Origin: Chrysemys picta bellii
Lineage: Eukaryota
NCBI RefSeq assembly: GCF_011386835.1
Contig: NC_088791.1
Span: forward strand, 352,284,001 to 352,348,000
Length of the DNA: 64,000 bases
Direction: 5' to 3'
Shown in pieces: positions 12,750-24,959 of the stretch. The notes beneath the pieces are model-generated. The model saw only the letters and a program-made list of their open reading frames with translations. It was not told the origin of the DNA and ran no database searches. Each line of letters begins with the position of its first letter. The stretch's first letter is position 1. Position numbers and translations under genes: made by a program.

Positions 12750-13539
12750 CCTGAATTTAATATGTCCTTACTTTAGGAAGCCTGGAAGATAAACCAAATG
12801 TTTCAGTTGGAAAGTGCTAATACAGGAACTCTGCTGCAGGAATTGAGGACATTCTAGTAGAGTTGTGAAACTTTGTGTTTTTAAGAACTGGACCGTGTTA
12901 TCCTAGATTTGAGGGTCTGTGCCCCAGAATGTGATCAAGCCAATTACAACCATAGGGGGTGCACTCATTCACTATGAATTAATAAAAGAGAACACCACAT
13001 AGTTAAGGGTTAATTGGAAAGCAGGCTTTTAGATGCAAGGTTAAAATCTAGCTGGCAGTATCTGCTAATCAGAATGGGAGGAGTGGACAACAAGAAAATA
13101 AATTAGAAAGAAAGTAGATAAATGGATGTAAACCTTGAGTCTAGATGCCTATGATATTAGAAGTTTTTTGAACGTTAGGGAAAGTGATGGGGTCACTATG
13201 ACCTATGTGTTTTGTAGAAGTTATAAAAGATTAGCTAATACAGCGTACTTTGGAGCAGTCCTCTGAAGGCATCTTGAGAGACATTTTTCCTGAATCCCTT
13301 TCTCCCTGGTGGGTAAGCAACTGACCACTGTGAACCTGCTGTTAATTACTCAATACTGTTCCAGAAGTTAGGTAAATATCTGGAATGATCTAAACCTAGT
13401 GCTTATGTCTGTGTGTGCTTAAAATCGAATAAACTGCAGTGTTAGACAAGAGCATGTTTACTTGCATTTAATCCTTGATCAGATAGAATTGCTGCTTGGG
13501 GTGAAAGAGTTAAGTTGAAAAACCTGTGTAACGGACTGC

Positions 13540-13738
13540 TGTGTTAAACTATGAAATTGCCGTGGAAACCAAAAACTTACCACTTTGTACAGTTGATTTT
13601 TATAGTTGCTTTCAGCTGAAACTTTCAAAATGCACACTAACTATTCCCGTTGTCCAAGGCATCAAATTTAGGTGTCGAGATTTCATCTTGGACTTTGTGA
13701 AAGAGATGAAACAGAGACTGCCATCAAATGTCCAGGTG
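13540..13738 (+). mobile_element. hAT transposase fossil (unit 1 copy, truncated)
   Basis: ORF 13541 reads ..KFRCRDFILDFVKEMKQRLPSNVQV; paralogous to 19095ff and 37640ff. The 19095 copy continues into an LPFSNAVVER dimerisation motif. Confidence 0.65.
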
Positions 13739-14483
13739 TTTAGGAAACACTATTTTACTAGGAGGGTGGTGAAACACGGGAATGGGTTACCTAGGGAGGT
13801 GGTGGAATCTCCAACTAATTCAACTCAAAATATGGACATTGACTACTATCGTTGAATGCATTTAGAAAAAATAATAATGTAATGGTCTTGTAGTTTTTAC
13901 ACTACATATGTTTTGGGCTCCATTTGGCTATTTTACACTGTTACTGGCCATTTTTAAAAAACACCTGCCAACCCTCAATTGGGTTACAAGTACCAGTATT
14001 GGGGTTTTAATTTTGAATTTGATTGTCATCTCTTAGCTTTGTTGCTAATGTAAACAAACTCCTGCTGTGGCTTGTGGGTTTTTTTTTTTTAAATAAATCA
14101 AATCTCTACTAGGTATCTAACAAAAGCTTTCCTTTGTTACTTGAAATATGGACCAATGTGGTAATAAAAAACAACAACAACATTTGTTTCAAGAAATACA
14201 TTTAAGTTGACTTGGGCCACATTTCGATTACTTTTTAAGTGACTTGGGGCTCTTAATGCAGTTGAATTCTGACAAACCTGAGCAGCACCTCAAGTGGAGC
14301 TGGAGTCAGCGCAGCAGCAGCTGGAAACACAAGGGCCAGAGAAGCAGCCCAGGAGGCAGAGATGTGCCAGAGCCAGAACTCGTTTGTAGGCAGAGCAGCA
14401 GTCCTCAGGGCCGGCTCTAGGTTTTTTGCCGCCCCAAGCAAAAAAAATTTTGGCTGCCCCCGTCCCAGCCATGGGCTCCTCGC

Positions 14484-15310
14484 CGCACCCCCCTGCCGCC
14501 CCAACCCTGGGCTCTTCCCCACCATCCGTACCCCCCTGCTGCCCCAGCCCTGGGCTCTCCCCTCCCAACCTGCACCCCCCTGCCACCCCAGCCCTGGGCT
14601 CTCCCCTCCCAACCTGCACCCCCCTGCTGCCCCAGCCCTGGGCTCTCACGCCCCCCACCCGCACCCCCCTGCCGCCCCAGCCCTGGGCTCTCCCCTCCCA
14701 ATCTGCACCCCCCTGCTGCCCCAGCCCTGGGCTCTCACGCCCCCCACCTGCACCCCCCTGCCGCCCCAGCCCTGGGCTCTCCCCTCCCAATCTGCACCCC
14801 CCTGCTGCCCCAGCCCTGGGCTCTCCCCTCCCAGCCTGCACCCCCCTGCTGCCCCAGCCCTGGGCTCTCACACACCCCACCCACACCCCCCTGCCGCCCC
14901 AGCCCTGGGCTCTCCCCCACCACCCGCACGCCCCAGCCCTGGGCTCTCCCCCACCACCTGTACCCCCCTGCCGCCCCAGCCCTGGGCTCTCCCCTCCCAA
15001 CCCACACTCCCCTGCCGCCCCAACCCTGGGCTCTCCCCCACCACCCGCACCCCCCTGCCACCCCAGCCCTGGGCTCTCCCCTCCCAACCCGCACCCCCCT
15101 GCCGCCCCAGGCCTGGGCTCTCCCCTCCCAACCCGCACCCCCCTGCCGCCCCAGCCCTGGGCTCTCCCCTGCCAACCCGCACCCCCCTGCTGCCCCAGCC
15201 CTGGGCTCTCACGCCCCCCACCCACACAACCCCTGCCGCCCAGGCCTGGGCTCTCATCCCCCCACCATTGCCCCCCACACACACCTCCTGCCGCCCCAAC
15301 CCTGGGCTCT
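14484..15310. repeat. GC-rich minisatellite, ~44-bp unit, roughly 19 copies, inside a chimeric MITE
   Basis: Unit ~gccccagccctgggctctcccctcccaacctgcacccccctgct; ctgggctct recurs at 14550, 14594, 14638 and 14683. Flanked by a cagggccggctctagg MITE start (~14406) and a different MITE end (~15808). Confidence 0.95.
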
Positions 15311-16079
15311 GAGTGGCACAGCAAGGGGGCTGGGGGGTGGAGAAGGGGTAGGGGGTTCCGGGGGGGGCAGTCAAGGGACAGGGAGTGGGGGGGCTGGATG
15401 GGGCAGCGGTTCAGGGGGGGCAGTCAGGGGCAGGGAGAAGGTGGGGTTAGATGGGTCAGGGGTTGGGGGGGCAGTCAGGGGGGACAGGCAGCAGTTGGAT
15501 AGGCATGGGAGTCCCAGGGGGTTTGTCAGGGGACAGGTAGGGGGTGGGTCCTAGGGGGGTAGTTGGAGGAGGTCTCAGGAGGGGGCAGTTGGGGACAACG
15601 ACCAGTGGGGCTTAGGGGATGGGGTCCTGGGAAGCAGTTGGGGCAGGGGTCCCGGGAGGGGGTGATCAGGGGACAGGGAGCAGGGGGGTTGGATGGGTTG
15701 GGGTTTCTGTGGGGGGCAGTCGGAGGGAGTGGATGGGGGCAGGGTGGGGCTACCCTCCCTCCCCGTGGAGTGTCCTATTTTTTGAATGTTAAAATATGGA
15801 ATCCCTACTCACAGGGCATCTCTCCATTCACCGCAGGCTGCAGCATGAGGTCTCAGCATCCTCACTCCCTCCCCCTCTTTCCTGTTGCTAGTGGCCAAGC
15901 GACTGCTGGGAAATGTAGTTCTTTCCCTGCTCCAGGGCTGGCTCTCTAGGCAGGGAGCTAACCAAGGAACTACAGCTCCCAGGGCCCCCTGTTGGTTCTC
16001 AGCTCCCAGGCTGGATCCCTGCCGCCCCTGCAAATGGGCTGCCCCAAGCATGTGCTTGCTTTGCTGGTGCCTAGAGCCG

Positions 16080-17320
16080 CCCCTGACAAATGGATACTGG
16101 CAAATACCTTTGATACCAGAATGCTGGGAGAAGAAAGCCTTTTCCACAACCTTTTCGTTGCATGAATTCAGGATCTTTTCATTTGGCCTCCACAGCGTAG
16201 CAGCGACCTTTCAGAGGATGATAGACGGAATATTCTTGGGCGGTACACTGCTATGATCCGTAAAAAATGGTTTTTGGTCCCTTATCATTTGGCAGCATTC
16301 CCAAGCACGATGCAGATGGTGGTACATTACACAGAGAAAAAAAAAAGCCATCATCAATTCTTAGGCTGCACAGTCTGCAAGACTCAGTTTGCACTGACAA
16401 TCTGAACTCCTGGGATCAGCAAATCATGTCTTGACTCCCAGGGGAGGCTCTCAGGCTGAAGCTCTCCAGGCTCTATTATCTGCTCTTCCCACTGCTCACG
16501 GAGCCAAGGGAAATGTCTGGGAGTTCTGGCCAACCTGAGAGTCTGGAGGGACTGTACGGGGTAACATAAAAGTCGCTGCCCAGCACGCCGAGTGTCAGAC
16601 GTGAGATTCATACACTCATTCTCAGGGCTCTGTCTTCCTGTCGCAATAAGGAGATTTCCTCTCTCTGCTGAGCGGGATTTCGGTGAGTTACCTCTTTCTC
16701 CATTAAAGTTAGTGCTAAGGGCTCACAAAGGGTTCCAGGGTTCAAGTCAGGAACAATCTGGGCAGGAATTCACCAGCACAGCAACTTGAACTGTTTAGTA
16801 TTGTCAGAAACACCAACAGATTTACCTGGTAAAATTGGAACTACCAATATATTGGAAATAGTTTAGACAAATATTTGTTTTTAAGATCAGTTTATTGTTT
16901 CTTACTGTGCCCTTCTATCTGTCTAATTGTCCCAGTAACTTCCTTTTTTGGGCTGTGTGGTTCTTCCTCTGATTCACTCAAGTTTCCAATTCAGCAACTA
17001 CACTGCCCTGTTAGGAGGTGCATCCACAGCCTCTGCACTGGATATCTGTGTAACCAGAGATTTCACAACAAGAATGGGTTGTACACTGGCCAGATTTTTC
17101 TCTCACATTCTGCTTTCAGTAGGTCACTCCAGATTGAAATCCACCCGGCTTTTGAAATCCATGTCTTCCATGTCTGGTCTCAGAACGCCACATAAACCAT
17201 GGGTTTCATTCAGACTCTTTCATCACCCGAACAGAATAGCACTCTCTGTATCAGGACTCAAAGCCATGAGTATCACAGCTCAGAGCTGAAAGTTAAACAG
17301 TAAGAGTGAATCTTTTCCCA
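16080..17320 (+). mobile_element. Gypsy (Gmr1-like) RT/RNaseH remnant, copy 2
   Basis: ORF 15885..16256 contains LTNGYWQIPLIPECWEKKAFSTTFSLHEFRIFSFGLHSVAATFQRMID (Gypsy RT motifs). Confidence 0.85.
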
Positions 17321-17561
17321 TTGAGATTGCCTATTCACCTGGCTTGGTTAGCTCTCTCTGAAGCCTTCTGTGGACTTGAATATGACCAAAATAATCTCGT
17401 GCCATCTGTATATGTTGCGACCACACTGCTCAACACCCATTCTAGATTGTTAATATTTGCAATACAGTTTGTTATAAAGTGTGTAACCCCCCTCGCTTTG
17501 CTTCTCTCCCTTCACAGGCACCTTGAGCATTTCTGACCCTGATCGACACATCGACCACCTC

Positions 17562-18500
17562 ATGGCAGTTTTCAACCTCACCCACCCTGAAGCTTCAGAA
17601 TTCATCTTAATGGGCATCCCTGGCTTGGAAGCTGCTCACATCTGGATTTCCATCCCTTTCACTACTTTCTATAGTATGGGCCTGTTGGGAAATTTCACGC
17701 TTCTGTTTGTTATAGGCAAGGAGCAGACCCTGCACAAGCCGATGTACCTGCTGCTCTCCATGCTGGCGCTCACAGAAATTGGCACGTCTACTTCCGTCGT
17801 GCCAAAGGTGCTGTGCATATTTTGGTTCAATTTGAAAGATATTACTGTGGGTGGCTGTCTCACCCAAATGTTCTTCCTTCATGCGGGTACTGTTATGCAT
17901 TCAGCCATCCTTGTAACAATGGCCTTTGATCGCTATGTTGCCATATGTTACCCTCTGAGATATGCCACGATCGTCACCAATGCACGAATAGCTAAGCTAG
18001 GGCTAGTGGGTTTGATAAGAGCTGTTCTCTTCATTCTGCCCTTGCCACTGCTTCTGAGCAGGCAGCCATTCTGTGCCAACCACATTATCCCCCACACGTA
18101 CTGCGACCACATGGCTGTGGCAAAGTTGTCGTGTGGGGACATCACAGTCAACAGGATGTACGGTTTGGTAATAGTATTTGTAGTCATCATGTTAGACCTG
18201 ACGCTTATTGCCCTGTCCTATGGTCTGATCATAAGGGCTGTCCTCAGAGTATCCTCCAAGAAAGCGCACCAGAAAGCCTTCAGCACCTGCACAGCCCACA
18301 TCAGTGTGATGATGATGTCTTATCCTTCCTCCCTCTTGTCCACTCTGACATACCGATTTGGTCAGGGAATTCCTCCCCATGTTCACATCATCTTGGCCAA
18401 CATGTATTACCTTCTCCTCCCCATGCTCAACCCTATCATTTATGGGGCCAGAACTGTAGAGCTTCGTGAGAAATTGCTTAAATACACTTGCAGAATGTGA
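17562..18500 (+). CDS. Class I olfactory receptor, OR52-like (312 aa), intact
   Basis: LHKPMY, MAFDRYVAICYPLRY, KAFSTCTAH, PMLNPIIY; acceptor cacag at 17513-17517; close paralog of the 11130 and 35398 genes. Confidence 0.95.
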   Translation: MAVFNLTHPEASEFILMGIPGLEAAHIWISIPFTTFYSMGLLGNFTLLFVIGKEQTLHKPMYLLLSMLALTEIGTSTSVVPKVLCIFWFNLKDITVGGCLTQMFFLHAGTVMHSAILVTMAFDRYVAICYPLRYATIVTNARIAKLGLVGLIRAVLFILPLPLLLSRQPFCANHIIPHTYCDHMAVAKLSCGDITVNRMYGLVIVFVVIMLDLTLIALSYGLIIRAVLRVSSKKAHQKAFSTCTAHISVMMMSYPSSLLSTLTYRFGQGIPPHVHIILANMYYLLLPMLNPIIYGARTVELREKLLKYTCRM

Positions 18501-19094
18501 TTGCCTGGGCCACTGACTTTAAGCCTTCATGACAAGAGGGTGAAAGGTTATTTCCTAGTTAATCAAAGGTGCTCTGTCCTACTTTGGCTGAGCTGAGCAT
18601 TGTGGAAGTTCAGAGTCTGAGAAGCTCCTCACACCTAGCTTCTTATCACTGTATCACCAAGTACTGATCTCTCTATTGATGAGTTCCTTCTCTCTCACCA
18701 TCACCTGATCTCTTTCAGTGTCACCTATCAGCCCCCACCTTTACGCACCCTGTCACTCGGCCTTTCCATTACTTCCAGACCAACAGAAGATATGACAGTT
18801 TTCTGAAGCAAGGTGGCTTTCCATTATACCCTGTGTGAACCGGTATCTTGTTCAGTTTGACAAACTGAAGCCATGCTTTCTGATAGCCAAAGACAAATTA
18901 AGCAAGTATAATGCTATAATATACCTGATTTCCCTACATCCAATCCTTTAGGAAACCTGGAGGATAAAACAGGAAAGCTGCTGCAGGAATTGAGGACATT
19001 CTACTAGAGCTTATTGGTGAGAGTTCTGAAACTATGTGTTTCTGAGAAATGGACCGTGTTACTCTGAATTTGAGGGGAATTTGTGAAACAGAGA

Positions 19095-19594
19095 TTCCCA
19101 CTATATGTCCAGGTGATTGAATCGCTAGCATTACTAAGTTTTTCATGACCTAGATTGGCTGATGTCTCATTTTTGCCATTGTTTTGTGGAGACCTTGGAA
19201 GGATGGAGCAGCAGAGGGGAGTTTTGCCTATGGTTCACTGGCCTCATACTCAAGACAACCAAGTAGACCAGTTTTGAGTTAAAGGTCTGTTACTGTGGAC
19301 AAAGACTTTAGTGAACTTGAATTCTTTGCTCTTTTATGGTTGTTGCTACCATTTAGCAATGCTGTAGTTGAAAGACTGGTTTCTCAGATGAACGTGATAA
19401 AAAACGAAACTGTGCAACAAGATACAAGAGGAACTTTTAGAAAACATTCTTCATGTTAGAGGATATATACAACAATACAAAATCAGTTGTGAAGAGCTTG
19501 CACCAATTAAACAAATTATTGAACTGGTCACTGCTGATATGTATGACCAGCAGCAGAAGCATTTTACTTCCAACAAAGACACTGAAGAGGAAAC
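19095..19594 (+). mobile_element. hAT transposase fossil, C-terminal dimerisation region
   Basis: From 19340 it translates LLLPFSNAVVERLVSQMNVIKN, then (frameshift) ..LLENILHVRG, the typical hAT LPxSNAxVERxFS motif. Confidence 0.75.
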
Positions 19595-19985
19595 AGACTC
19601 CAACGAGAGACTGCTGAGCTGGAATTGATATGCAAACTAGACACAATCAACTCAAGATTGAATAAGGACTGGGAATGGCTGAGCCATTACAAACATTGAA
19701 TCTATCTCCCCTTGTAAGTATTCTCACATTTCTTATCAAGCTGTCTGTACTGGGCTATCTTGATTATCACTTCAAAAGTTTTTTTTTCTCTTACTTAATT
19801 GGCCTCTCAGAGTTGGTAAGACAACTCCCACCTGTTTATGCTCTCTGTATGTGTGTATATATATATCTCCTCAATATTTATTCCACTCTGTATGCATCCG
19901 AAGAAGTGGGCTGTAGTCCACGAAAGCTTATGCTCTAATAAATTTGTTAGTCTCTAAGGTGCCACAAGTACTCCTGTTCTTTTTT
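19595..19985 (+). mobile_element. Penelope family A 3' end
   Basis: Near-identical to ~8930-9315; 12-bp TSD tgaagaggaaac at 19583-19594 and 19986-19997. Confidence 0.92.
19894..19933 (+). ncRNA. Minimal hammerhead ribozyme-like motif
   Basis: GCAU-CCGAAGA-A-GUGGGCUGUAGUCCAC-GAA-AGCU-U-AUGC, identical to the 9222 copy. Confidence 0.65.
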
Positions 19986-21689
19986 TGAAGAGGAAACGGA
20001 GCCTTTTAGAGACTAACAGTAACAAAGTAATCCAACTCAAAATATGGACATTGATTACCATCATTGAATGCAATTAGAAATAAATAATACAATAATGTTA
20101 TTGTTGTTTTTATACTACATACATTTTGGGCTACCTTTGGGCTATTTTTAACACCCTATTTTGCCGTTTTTTGTTTGAAACACTTGCCAGCCGTCAATCG
20201 GGATTCAAATACCAGCACTGAGGTTTTGATTTTGCATTTGATCGTCATCTCAGAGATTTGTTGGTAATGTTGGGCTGCTGGGCCTTGTAGCTTCCTTTTG
20301 TTTTCTTTCCTTTTGAAATCAGATCTGTGCTAGGCAGCTAACAAAAGATTTCATTTGTTACTTGATGTATAGATCAATGTGTTTATTAAAATCCTTTGTT
20401 TCACGAAATAGATGGGGCTACTTTTAGGTTAGCTTTTAAGTGATTTGGGGCTATTAAAGCAGTAGAAATCTGGCAAACCTGATGCTGTACTTCAAACTGC
20501 GCTGGAGGCAGAGCAGCAGCAACCAGAAAAACGAAAAAGGTCCAGAGAAGCATCCCTGAAGGCAGAGCTGGGCTGAGGCCACAGAAGCAGCACTGAGCCA
20601 GAAGAGTTGGAGGGCAGAGCAGTGGTGCTGAGACAGAGATGGCGAGCTGTAGTTGGAGCAGACCAGAGCAGGGAGCTGGATCTGCACAAACCAGCTGCAC
20701 CAACTGGGCCACGGCTGAGCAACAGTGGGGAGCTGCAGGGCCAGGATGCTGGATGCCGACCACAAGTAACATGGCAGCTGATCACAATGAGCAGCTGGGG
20801 AGAGGAAGGTTGACCCATGTGTAGAGGGCCCAGTACAAGGAGACATCACCTGACAAGAGGGCCGTGAAGACTGGACTCAGAAGAGAGGATGTCAATCTGA
20901 TGTGGGCCAGATGCTGGTGAGAAGGGTCCTGCCACTTAGAGCCTGAGGGCATGTGGCCACTGCCAAAGCTAGTGTCTGACTTGGCAGTATCACCGCAGCA
21001 CAACCAGAGCGTGGCAGGTGGCCTGGGATGTGTGATGAACACACAGTGAACATTTCTTACATCCCAGATACTGCTGTTTGTCCGTGCGGGGTTCCTTGTT
21101 TCCTTGAACTTTCCCATTTATCCTTAATTTTCTTTCAGTCACTGTTTAATAAATTGTATTTGGTTTGAACTTAATGTAGTGATCAGTGGGTCAGGGAGGA
21201 GTCCAGTGTGAAGAGAGTATCAGGGGGTAGCTGTGTTAGTCTGTATCTACCCCGGAGTGGGGACACCCTAGCCACTGTCCTAAGTGACCATGATAAGACT
21301 GGGGTTTTAGTCTCTCAGGAATCCTGGACTCAGCCATGTCACCATTATGAGGACTCTTCCACACAGGAGAGTGGAAGGGGAGTCCTTGAGGTCTGGCAGG
21401 CCTTGGGGTAAAGGGAGTAAGAGTGGGAACTTAGACTCTTTCACTAGCCAGTTCCCCTGGGACAATACAAAAGCCAGGAAAGTTCCCAACAATAGTTCCC
21501 CACTTATATTAGGGAATTGTGAGAAAATGATGGGTTGGATTTTAGTGATGCATAAATAGATGTGTAATTTGTGATATCTTTAAATAAACGATAAAAGTTG
21601 AAATGTGTAACTTTGGGGACCACACCTTCTGTGTAAGGTAAATGTAACATCACTGCACTAGACGGTTTCCTAGAGACTAGTATAGTATA

Positions 21690-22190
21690 AAACCTTTTTC
21701 TGTTCTATTTTATTATGAGGTTAGAGCAGTAAACCAGACATTGTTTATTTGGCCTCTTGAACATATTTCATAACAAATGAAAGCTTGGTCAAGGAATTGA
21801 CTGCACAATTGATCAACAACCAGTATGAATCACTCCTTCCTCTTATATTTGGTATTTAGACAAAATGAAGATACACACAGGAATAATTCTCCTGAGCAAA
21901 AAAGGACAATGAAATTTACTAGCCTTCAGCATTAAAGAAATTAATGGAAAAATTTAGTTTTGTTTTTTTTTCATTTTGCTCCAAAGAAAGATTGGAACGG
22001 TAAATGCTGTTTCAAATTTCCTGCAATCCATAAAAAACAGACCTATGGAAAGCAGCAGAATTACTTCCCAAAGCCAGTGAACTTGTAGCTACATTTCAAA
22101 ATGAGTTAAGAGAAGCCAAACATTGAGCAAGTAAATTAACAAGAAAATGGGGCAGACAAATCAAGTCTGAAAAGAAGTGCTTGAGAAATG
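21690..22190 (+). mobile_element. hAT transposase fragment (ZMYM1-like)
   Basis: Inverted paralog of 45105-45590, whose ORF reads LKKLMENFSFIFLIVLQRKVLEIVNADSKPLQFKD (hAT-type helix region). Confidence 0.55.
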
Positions 22191-22689
22191 CAAAATTCAG
22201 GGGAGCAGCTCATTTTGTCGCAGACTAGGGAGGAGAGCAGACCTGCCACCGACATCTCTAGGGGAGATGAGCTGAGGGAAGGCAGAATTTCCCCCTGAAA
22301 AACTGCCCAAAGATCTCTTTCTAAGGGAAGGGAGGGCCTGCTGAAGGGACAGCCTGAGAGGGAAGCATTCATCTCTCATATGACTGCTGGACTTGATTGA
22401 TCCCCTTTATATGCTGTTTGGACTACCCCAGCAGGGGAGAGCCGTTGGTCTGAGCTGGCCAAACCACAGGAGGAAGCAGTTGCTGCCTGAGAGGAAAGGA
22501 GAATGACAGCACTACATGCAGCCACCAGAGGGTGCCTCGGGGTGAGCAGACACTCTTCACGCTGCCTACCCCAGACCGAGACCTTGTGGACAACGGCAGG
22601 GAGGTGGTAGGAAGTGGCCCAGGGATGGCCACCTTACATAGGCGGTGGGTATAATGGGCCAGGAGAGGCTAAACTTCCTCTGTGGTTGT

Positions 22690-24412
22690 CAAGACGGGCC
22701 TTAAAAACCTCTAAGAATGGAGATTCCACCACCTCCCTAGGTAACCCATTCCAGTGCTTCACCAACGTCCTAGTGAAATAGTGTTTCCTAATATCCAACC
22801 TAGACCTCCCCCACTGCAACTTAGAGTCATAGAATCATAGAATATCAGGGTTGGAAGAGACCTCAGGAGGTCATTGAGTCAAACCCCTGCTCAAAGCAGG
22901 ACCAATCCCCAACTTAATCATTCCAGCCAGGGCTTTGTCAAACCTGACCTTAAAAACCTCTAAGGAAGAAGATTCCACCACCTCCTAGGTAACCCATTCT
23001 AGTGCTTCACCACCCTCCTAGTGAAAAAGTTTTTCCTAATATCCAACCTAAACTTCCCGCACTGCAACTTGAGTCCATTACTCCTTCTTCTGTCATCTGG
23101 TACCACTGAGAACAGTCTAGATCCATCCTCTTTGGAACCTCCTTTCAGGTAGTTGAAAGCAGCTATCAAATCCCCCCTCATTCTTCTCTTCTGCAGACTA
23201 AATAATCCCAGTTCCCTCAGCCTCTCCTCATAAATCATGTGCTTCAGCCCCCTAATCATTTTTGTTGTACTCCAGATGTGGCCTCACCGATGTCGAATAG
23301 AGGGAAATAATCACTTCCCTCAATCTGCTGGCAATACTCCTACTAATGCAGCACAATATCCTGTTAGCCTTCTTGGCAACAAGGGCACACTGCTGACTCA
23401 TATCCAGCTTCTCATCCACTGTAATCCCCAGGTCCTTTTCTGCAGAACTGCTGCTTAGCCAGTCAGTCCCCAGCCTGTAGCAATGCATGGGATTCTTCCT
23501 TCCTAAGTCCAGGACTCTGCACTTGTCCTTGTTGAACCTCGTCAGATTTCTTTTGGCCCAATCCTCCAATTTGTCTAGGTCACTCTGGACCCTATCCCTA
23601 CCCTCCAGCCTATCTACCTGTCCCCCCAGCTTAGTGTCATCTGTGAACTTGCTGAGGGTGCAATCCATCCCATCATCCAGATCATTAATAAAGATGTTGA
23701 ACAAAACTGGCTGCAGAACCGACCCCTAGGGTACTCTGCTTGATACCAGCTGTCAACTAGACATCAAGCCATTGATCACTACCTGTTGAGCCTGAAAATC
23801 GAGCCAGCTTTCTATCCACCTTATCGTCCATTCGTTCAAACCATACTTTCTTAACTTGCTGGCAAGTGTCATGGAAAAACGTCGATACACGCATTGTGTT
23901 TTCAATCAAATCAGCCCGAGGCCCTTTATTGATTGCAAGCGCGCAGGGGGTGATAGCTACTGGAGCTGCCCCCCCCCCCCCCCCCCGAGTCCAGGGACGC
24001 ACAAGCTTTTTAAAGCTTAAAACCACCGACAAATTACACATACTGCCGTATTAATTATCATATTTGGAATACATTGCAAAATTAATACAGGTCAAAAGCA
24101 AAAAGAACAATCACCCTTCTTATTTGGCTTTTCTTGTTATTGTTATTCACAGTCTGGTTCGTTTGCGGTTTCACTTTTCTAACAGTGCTACTGCGGTTAT
24201 ATATTTCCTAAGCTTGGGCTATTACAAATTGTTCTGTTTGGGGATTTTTTCCCACTCTGACTCCTTCTGCCTCTTGTACATAGAAACAAACAGGATCTTA
24301 ATTCAAGGCCTGTAAGCAAGCTTGACCAAACTCAGGGTCTTGACTAAAGTTTAAGGCCTGCCAAATATTTCCTTCACACAAGGATACTGTGGGAGACCGT
24401 ATAAAAAGCTTT
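22690..24412 (-). mobile_element. Relatively young CR1 3' portion, with a partial second 3' segment at 22690-22823 and an LTR insertion
   Basis: ORFs [27 protein letters not shown] and [21 protein letters not shown]; terminal (attctatg)n read as catagaatcatagaat at ~22829-22844; CR1 sequence resumes at 24379. Confidence 0.92.
23867..24378 (-). mobile_element. Solo LTR (ERV-like), 512 bp
   Basis: Minus strand tgtgaagg...ccatgaca; AATAAA near its 3' end; exact 4-bp TSD caag at 23863-23866 and 24379-24382; interrupts CR1. Confidence 0.85.
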
Positions 24413-24921
24413 TGATATGAATTAGTAATTTCGCACCCTAGCTTCTGAAACAATCAGTCCACCATTTTTCCATGCACAGGCTAGAAATCCTTTTAGCCTG
24501 GGACCAGCACTTCCCCCAGTTCCGTCTTTGTTCCTCACATGTTTCCAGGAGTTCTCTTGTGTGGGAAGTGAGGCTTCTAGGTGATATCACACCTATCTTA
24601 TGTAGCTTTAGCCTATGGTGGGAATCATTTATTCCAAAATCTGTTCTCAGTCCAGCTTGTGGAGAAATACAGATATCCAGAATGGAGTTCAGTGTCATGT
24701 GATCTGGTCACATGCCCTTTAATGCCCTGCTGAGTCATAGCACCCATTACGTATAGGCTGTGTTGAACATTTTCAGGTGGGGCATAAGCACAAAAATAGG
24801 ATAATCATTTTCTGCAAATCATAACTTTTCCAATGACACCTAACAAGACATATCTTGTACAAAATGTATCATAATCATACATATTCATAGAACTATGAGG
24901 AATGTGGAGTGCAGAATCACA
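24413..24921 (-). mobile_element. LTR 5' fragment (same family as 5515-6920)
   Basis: Minus strand starts tgtgattctgcactccacattcc, matching tgtgattctgcaccccatattc at 5515. Confidence 0.65.
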
Positions 24922-24959
24922 ATGAGGTTATGAGGACGATCCCCTCCTAGGCCATTAAA

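Noticed and set aside
14484-15310. Regularly spaced repeats as a possible CRISPR array
   Set aside because: Units are contiguous degenerate copies without unique spacers; vertebrate context and no cas genes.
14290-15502. Long Pro-rich and Gly-rich ORFs (316-358 aa) on both strands
   Set aside because: They arise from a stop-free GC-rich minisatellite that is open in several frames at once; no domain or splice context.
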